From Terriglobia bacterium (GTDB taxonomy: Bacteria; Acidobacteriota; Terriglobia; UBA7540): a stretch of DNA of 64,000 nucleotides. The translations under genes were made by a program, and so were the position numbers. The notes beneath the pieces are model-generated. The model did no database searches and was not told where the DNA came from. It saw only the letters and a list, made by a program, of their open reading frames with translations. The stretch covers positions 13,475 to 77,474 of the forward strand of contig DASYYZ010000024.1 of NCBI GenBank assembly GCA_035946735.1, given 5' to 3'. Below are positions 60,351 to 64,000 of this stretch, piece by piece. Every line of letters begins with the position of its first letter. Position 1 is the stretch's first letter.

Positions 60351-62396
60351 CTACTTTAAGGTGAACTTCACGTCCACTTCCGTTTCGACCTGAACAGGCA
60401 CGCCGTTTCGCACGGTGGGCCGATAACGCCACGTTGAAACCGCATCCATTGCCGCCTTCACTAACAGTGGCGGCCCGCTGATGAGCTTCAGGTCCTGGAT
60501 GGTTCCGTCTTCGTTCAGGGTTGCGGCCAGCCGAACGAGGCCCTCGACGCGGGCTCCCGCGGCGATTTGAGGATAGGCAGGCGCCGGCCCGTATAGGATG
60601 TTGCGTGTTGCAATCTGCCCGCTGATACGGATGTGCTTCGGAGTTGCCGGCTTCGGATGAGGAGGAGGAGCGCCGGATGTTTCGCCGCTAACGGCTCCAG
60701 AGGTTAAAGGCTGGCTTGACTGATCAGCCTGAGTGCTCGCGCCCGGCCCGGCTTGTTGCCGAGCCGCCGGGGCGCCTGCGATGGCGCCGCCAGCCAGGGG
60801 GTGAGGGGTTGCCGATTTTGAAGAAGGCGACGAAGCGCCGCTACCAACACTGGCGGTGCCGCTTCCTGGAGTCGGGCGCTCACCTGCCTGCGATGCTTCA
60901 CTGCTCGACGGGCTGACGCCTTGGCCTGAGGCAGGGCTGCCTTGTGTCCGCATTCCAGGGTTTTTCCCATCGCTTGCGCCCGGAGACCTCAGACCCAGGT
61001 ACAGAGCGAGAACCGCGCCCGCAAGCACGCCAGCGATCGCGGCGGGCACCTTCCACCGAACCGGAGTACCAGAAGAGACTCTCTTTGCGCGAAGCGATGG
61101 AGAACTCCCGCCGGGTGCTGGTTCCGTGGTTCCACTGGGTATCTCAACGCCTTGGGTCAAAGGGCCCGTCGACCGCGACGTCTCCGAGCTTCGTCCCAGG
61201 ACGGTGGCGCCCACGCCTTCTCTTGCCCGCGCCTCCCGTTCAGGCCGCAGCGTTGAGGCAACTCGCGCTTCGGCGATCTGTTGCTTCTGCTCGAGCCATT
61301 CCTTCTCAACCGGGGCGTGAGGGACACGTTCGGCCCCTCTTGCCTCCGGCTCAGCCGCCCCCAGCGGGCCAGGCTGCCTCTCCCAGAGTTCGATCTCGTA
61401 AATCAAGGCTCCGGCGTTGGCGGGCCGCCTGTCCGGAGGCTTTTCAAGACACTGCATCACGAGCTTCGCGATCGCCTCGGGTACGTCCGCGCGGTGAGTA
61501 CGGATGTCGCGGGGAACGCTCTGGATGTGCGCGATCAGCATGCCCATTTCAGAGTCGCCTTTGAGCGGCAATTCGCCCGCCAGCATCTGGTACATCATCA
61601 CCCCGAGCGAGTACAAATCCGACCGGCCGTCGAGGTCGTCACCCTTTTTGCCCACCGCTTGCTCGGGCGACATGTAGGCCGGAGTTCCAATCAACATGCC
61701 GGTTCCGGTCAGCGTTCCGTGGGTGACGCCGCTGTCTTCAAGGTGACCTTCCTTGATCTTGGCGATGCCGAAATCCAGCACTTTAGCCTGCTCTTGGGGC
61801 ACAAGGTCCACGTTCCGGCCGTGGGGCTTTCCGAGGCCCCATACCCCCGCAGGGCCGTGAGACGACCCCGGCGCTACAAGGGCGACATTGGCCGGCTTGA
61901 TGTCGCGGTGCACGATGCCGAGTTCGTGCGCAGCAGCCAGTGCCGAAGCCACCTGCTTAACGGTGGAGCAGACCCGCGCTACCGGCATGGGACCTTCGGA
62001 CTGCATAACCTCTTTGAGGCTGCGCCCACCGATGAACTCCATCACGATGAAGGGAAGGCCGTCTTCGGCCTGATCAATATCATCCACGCGTACGGCGTTG
62101 GGGTGCTGCAGGCGGCGCGTTAAGACGGCTTCTTGCGTGAAACGCTGTACGAAATTAGCATCCGCGGCAAGATCGGGGTTGATGGCTTTTAAGGCGCGCA
62201 ACTCGTGGAAGTGTATGTGCTCGGCTTTGTAGACCGTGGCCATCCCGCCGGCTCCGACTCGCGCTAAGATCCGGTAGCGTCCGCGCACCACCGCGCCTTC
62301 TTGCCACAATCCCAGTTCCTTCAGCAAAGTCAGGTCGCGCGGGCAATGCGTGTAGTCCCTGGGATAGTTGGCGTGGCAGGTGGGACAGTTCTTCAT
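60351..62396 (-). CDS. Ser/Thr protein kinase with N-terminal zinc-ribbon-like CxxC...C motif and C-terminal TonB_C domain
   Basis: MKNCPTCHANYPRDYTHCPRD. Kinase motifs GAGGMATVYKA, HRDIKPAN, DFGIAK, GTPAYMSPEQ. One TM, a long Pro/Ser/Gly linker, and a TonB_C-like end (YP..A....VEG.V.L.A.....G.I.D.K.ISG.P.L..AA..AV..W.Y.P). The track start 62684 is rejected in favour of the ATG at 62396. Confidence 0.85.
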   Translation of the reverse strand: MKNCPTCHANYPRDYTHCPRDLTLLKELGLWQEGAVVRGRYRILARVGAGGMATVYKAEHIHFHELRALKAINPDLAADANFVQRFTQEAVLTRRLQHPNAVRVDDIDQAEDGLPFIVMEFIGGRSLKEVMQSEGPMPVARVCSTVKQVASALAAAHELGIVHRDIKPANVALVAPGSSHGPAGVWGLGKPHGRNVDLVPQEQAKVLDFGIAKIKEGHLEDSGVTHGTLTGTGMLIGTPAYMSPEQAVGKKGDDLDGRSDLYSLGVMMYQMLAGELPLKGDSEMGMLIAHIQSVPRDIRTHRADVPEAIAKLVMQCLEKPPDRRPANAGALIYEIELWERQPGPLGAAEPEARGAERVPHAPVEKEWLEQKQQIAEARVASTLRPEREARAREGVGATVLGRSSETSRSTGPLTQGVEIPSGTTEPAPGGSSPSLRAKRVSSGTPVRWKVPAAIAGVLAGAVLALYLGLRSPGASDGKNPGMRTQGSPASGQGVSPSSSEASQAGERPTPGSGTASVGSGASSPSSKSATPHPLAGGAIAGAPAARQQAGPGASTQADQSSQPLTSGAVSGETSGAPPPHPKPATPKHIRISGQIATRNILYGPAPAYPQIAAGARVEGLVRLAATLNEDGTIQDLKLISGPPLLVKAAMDAVSTWRYRPTVRNGVPVQVETEVDVKFTLK

Positions 62397-62641
62397 GACG
62401 CGGGTCCGGACTTCGGGGTGAGGGATACTATAGCACAAGGTTAACTTTCGAGCCGTGTTGGGCCGGGCTGGCGCGCTTACCAGGGGGCGGGGCTGGCGCA
62501 GATCGAAGATCTGCGATTGAGATGTCGCCGCGCAATCGTACAGACCATAGAATCGCATGGCTGCGCTATGCCCCATCCCCGGCCCCTGCAACTCAATACC
62601 ACTTGTCAACCCAGCCTGGAGGCTGATAATAACATTAGCTA

Positions 62642-64000
62642 ATGTCCGAATCGAAGCCGGCGGGCCCGTTCGAGCAAACGGCAAACGCGTCTCTGATAGC
62701 GGTCCGCGGTCAACTCATTTCTCAACATTACTTGACCCACCAGCTTGTGAACCGCGACGACTGGAAGACCCTCGCGGGCGATCCTCGTGTTGCTCAAATC
62801 GAGCAGCTCTTCGAACGAGCCAAGCCCAGCCTGGCGAGAAACCAGCCCGGCGGCAAGGGGAGCAACGAAAGCGCCGTACGCGATTTCTTGCTGAACCCGG
62901 CTCTTGGGATCCTGGGCCTGCGCTGGTCGCCCGGTGTGAGCTACTTGGGCACCGAGCCAGACTACGCGCTGTATCAGGACCGGAGCACCTTCGAAAAGGC
63001 TCAATCTTTAATCAACGATGGCAAGGAATTCGACGCCCTGAAGTTGAGCTGCGGCGTCGTGGAGGCTGAACGTTGGGGGAAAGAGTTCGGCGAAAGGCCT
63101 GCCAGATCGGACCTAAGTGATCCAATTTTTCAGATTGAGTTCTATCTGGGGAACGCACGGCGCAGTGGGGGTCCCCGCTGGGGCCTATTGACCAACGGCC
63201 ACACATGGCGACTCTACTGCGGCGACTCCGATCCTTCCCGCCACCACTATCTTGAGGTCGAACTGCCCACGGGGCCCTCGCTCTTCGTGCAGCAGGAGCG
63301 TGCCGCGTTCCAGTGGCTCGTTTACCTCTTTAGCGCGGAGGCTCTTGAGCCCGGTGGTCGACTGGATTCGATTTACGAGCAAGCCACTCGCCGCGCGGCG
63401 GCCATTACCGCCGAGTTGAGACGTCAGGCGTTCGGCGCTGTCGAGCTTATCGCCTCGGCGATCATGCGCGCCAGCCCGTCTGCCTCGCCTCAGCTCGCTT
63501 ACGAGGCCGCACTCATTCAACTCTTCCGGTTGCTCTTCATCCTCAAAGCCGAGGCGGACGGGTTACTGAAGAGCCGGATCGTCTCTCGGGAAATGGCAGA
63601 GCGGATCATTAATCGGAACAGCGACTCGGTCGGCGGAGGGGACTGGCAGGGAACGGGCCTCTGGCACGAACTGCACGACCTCTTCGCCGCCATCGCGCAA
63701 GACTACAACGGCCACCTCTTCGAAAGCAGGCCTCCTACATCAAGCCCGGCGGCGGACGATTCAACCGATTACTTTGCCCCGGCTCGCGCTCTGCTTGAAA
63801 GCGTGACCCTGCCCAACCAAGCCACCGCTAACGCGCTCGATCGTCTCCTGCGGGTCTATCAGCAGGACGCCCAGCAGCGGGTTCGGCCGATCCGGGTGGA
63901 TTATTCCACATTGCGGGTCCGTGAGCTCGGAACCATATACGAGGGTCTGCTGGAGTGGCGTCTCGAACCGGTCTCGCCCGCCCAGATCAAGGCCGGGTCA
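62642..64000 (+). CDS. 5' part (453 codons, open at window end) of a type IIG restriction-modification / BREX PglX-like enzyme
   Basis: I translated from the ATG at 62642 to base 64000 without a stop; it is absent from the ORF track because no stop falls in the window. HsdR_N-like PD-(D/E)xK region: EPDYALY...CGVVEAERWGKEF...GLLTNGHTWRLY. Later VDYSTLRVRELGTIYEGLLEW, a motif typical of the helical domain preceding the methyltransferase in such enzymes. Confidence 0.75.
   Translation, partial: MSESKPAGPFEQTANASLIAVRGQLISQHYLTHQLVNRDDWKTLAGDPRVAQIEQLFERAKPSLARNQPGGKGSNESAVRDFLLNPALGILGLRWSPGVSYLGTEPDYALYQDRSTFEKAQSLINDGKEFDALKLSCGVVEAERWGKEFGERPARSDLSDPIFQIEFYLGNARRSGGPRWGLLTNGHTWRLYCGDSDPSRHHYLEVELPTGPSLFVQQERAAFQWLVYLFSAEALEPGGRLDSIYEQATRRAAAITAELRRQAFGAVELIASAIMRASPSASPQLAYEAALIQLFRLLFILKAEADGLLKSRIVSREMAERIINRNSDSVGGGDWQGTGLWHELHDLFAAIAQDYNGHLFESRPPTSSPAADDSTDYFAPARALLESVTLPNQATANALDRLLRVYQQDAQQRVRPIRVDYSTLRVRELGTIYEGLLEWRLEPVSPAQIKAGS

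Noticed and set aside
62397-62684. Extended N-terminus of the kinase (track start 62684), and ORFs 62557..63069 (+) and 62639..63004 (-)
   Set aside because: The kinase has a natural start, MKNCPTC, at 62396. The other two ORFs overlap the long motif-bearing open frame that starts at 62642.

Overview
High-GC chromosomal segment. By inference it is from an Acidobacteriota-type genome: two PadR + duplicated MacB/FtsX ('ADOP') permease modules, a TIGR03436-like VWA protein, an SBBP beta-propeller surface protein, and ECF-sigma/Ser-Thr-kinase pairs. Most of the window is ordinary housekeeping and envelope content: hsp20-clpB, groES-groEL, ispH, ftsY, an S41 protease, an MFS transporter, a Gfo/Idh/MocA oxidoreductase, a sulfatase, a hybrid histidine kinase and a multicopper oxidase. 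I recognised no rRNA, tRNA, CRISPR array, integrase or transposase. Three places look accessory. (1) 35.4-38.3 kb is a visibly AT-richer same-strand cassette: an RHH protein plus a small partner, three tandem paralogous small HTH genes (the third frameshifted), a wHTH protein, and a RecB-like PD-(D/E)xK nuclease-fold gene split at an A9 tract. This is my best candidate for an undescribed system or a decaying remnant of one. (2) 62642 to the window end is an ORF absent from the supplied track because it has no stop in the window. It looks like the N-terminus of a type IIG restriction-modification or BREX-PglX-like enzyme. (3) 21.7-25.1 kb holds an XRE-like HTH protein, a 65-aa protein and a stand-alone UvrD-like helicase. 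Other observations: a decayed ~330-bp segmental duplication after a permease gene; several dispersed or palindromic repeat elements, one lying in frame inside a kinase gene; an FG-GAP pseudogene; and a 5' leader conserved better than the coding sequence between two paralogous ABM-like genes 20 kb apart. All family names come from motif recognition by eye; no searches were run. Coordinates of non-ORF features were hand counted and may be off by 1-2 nt.
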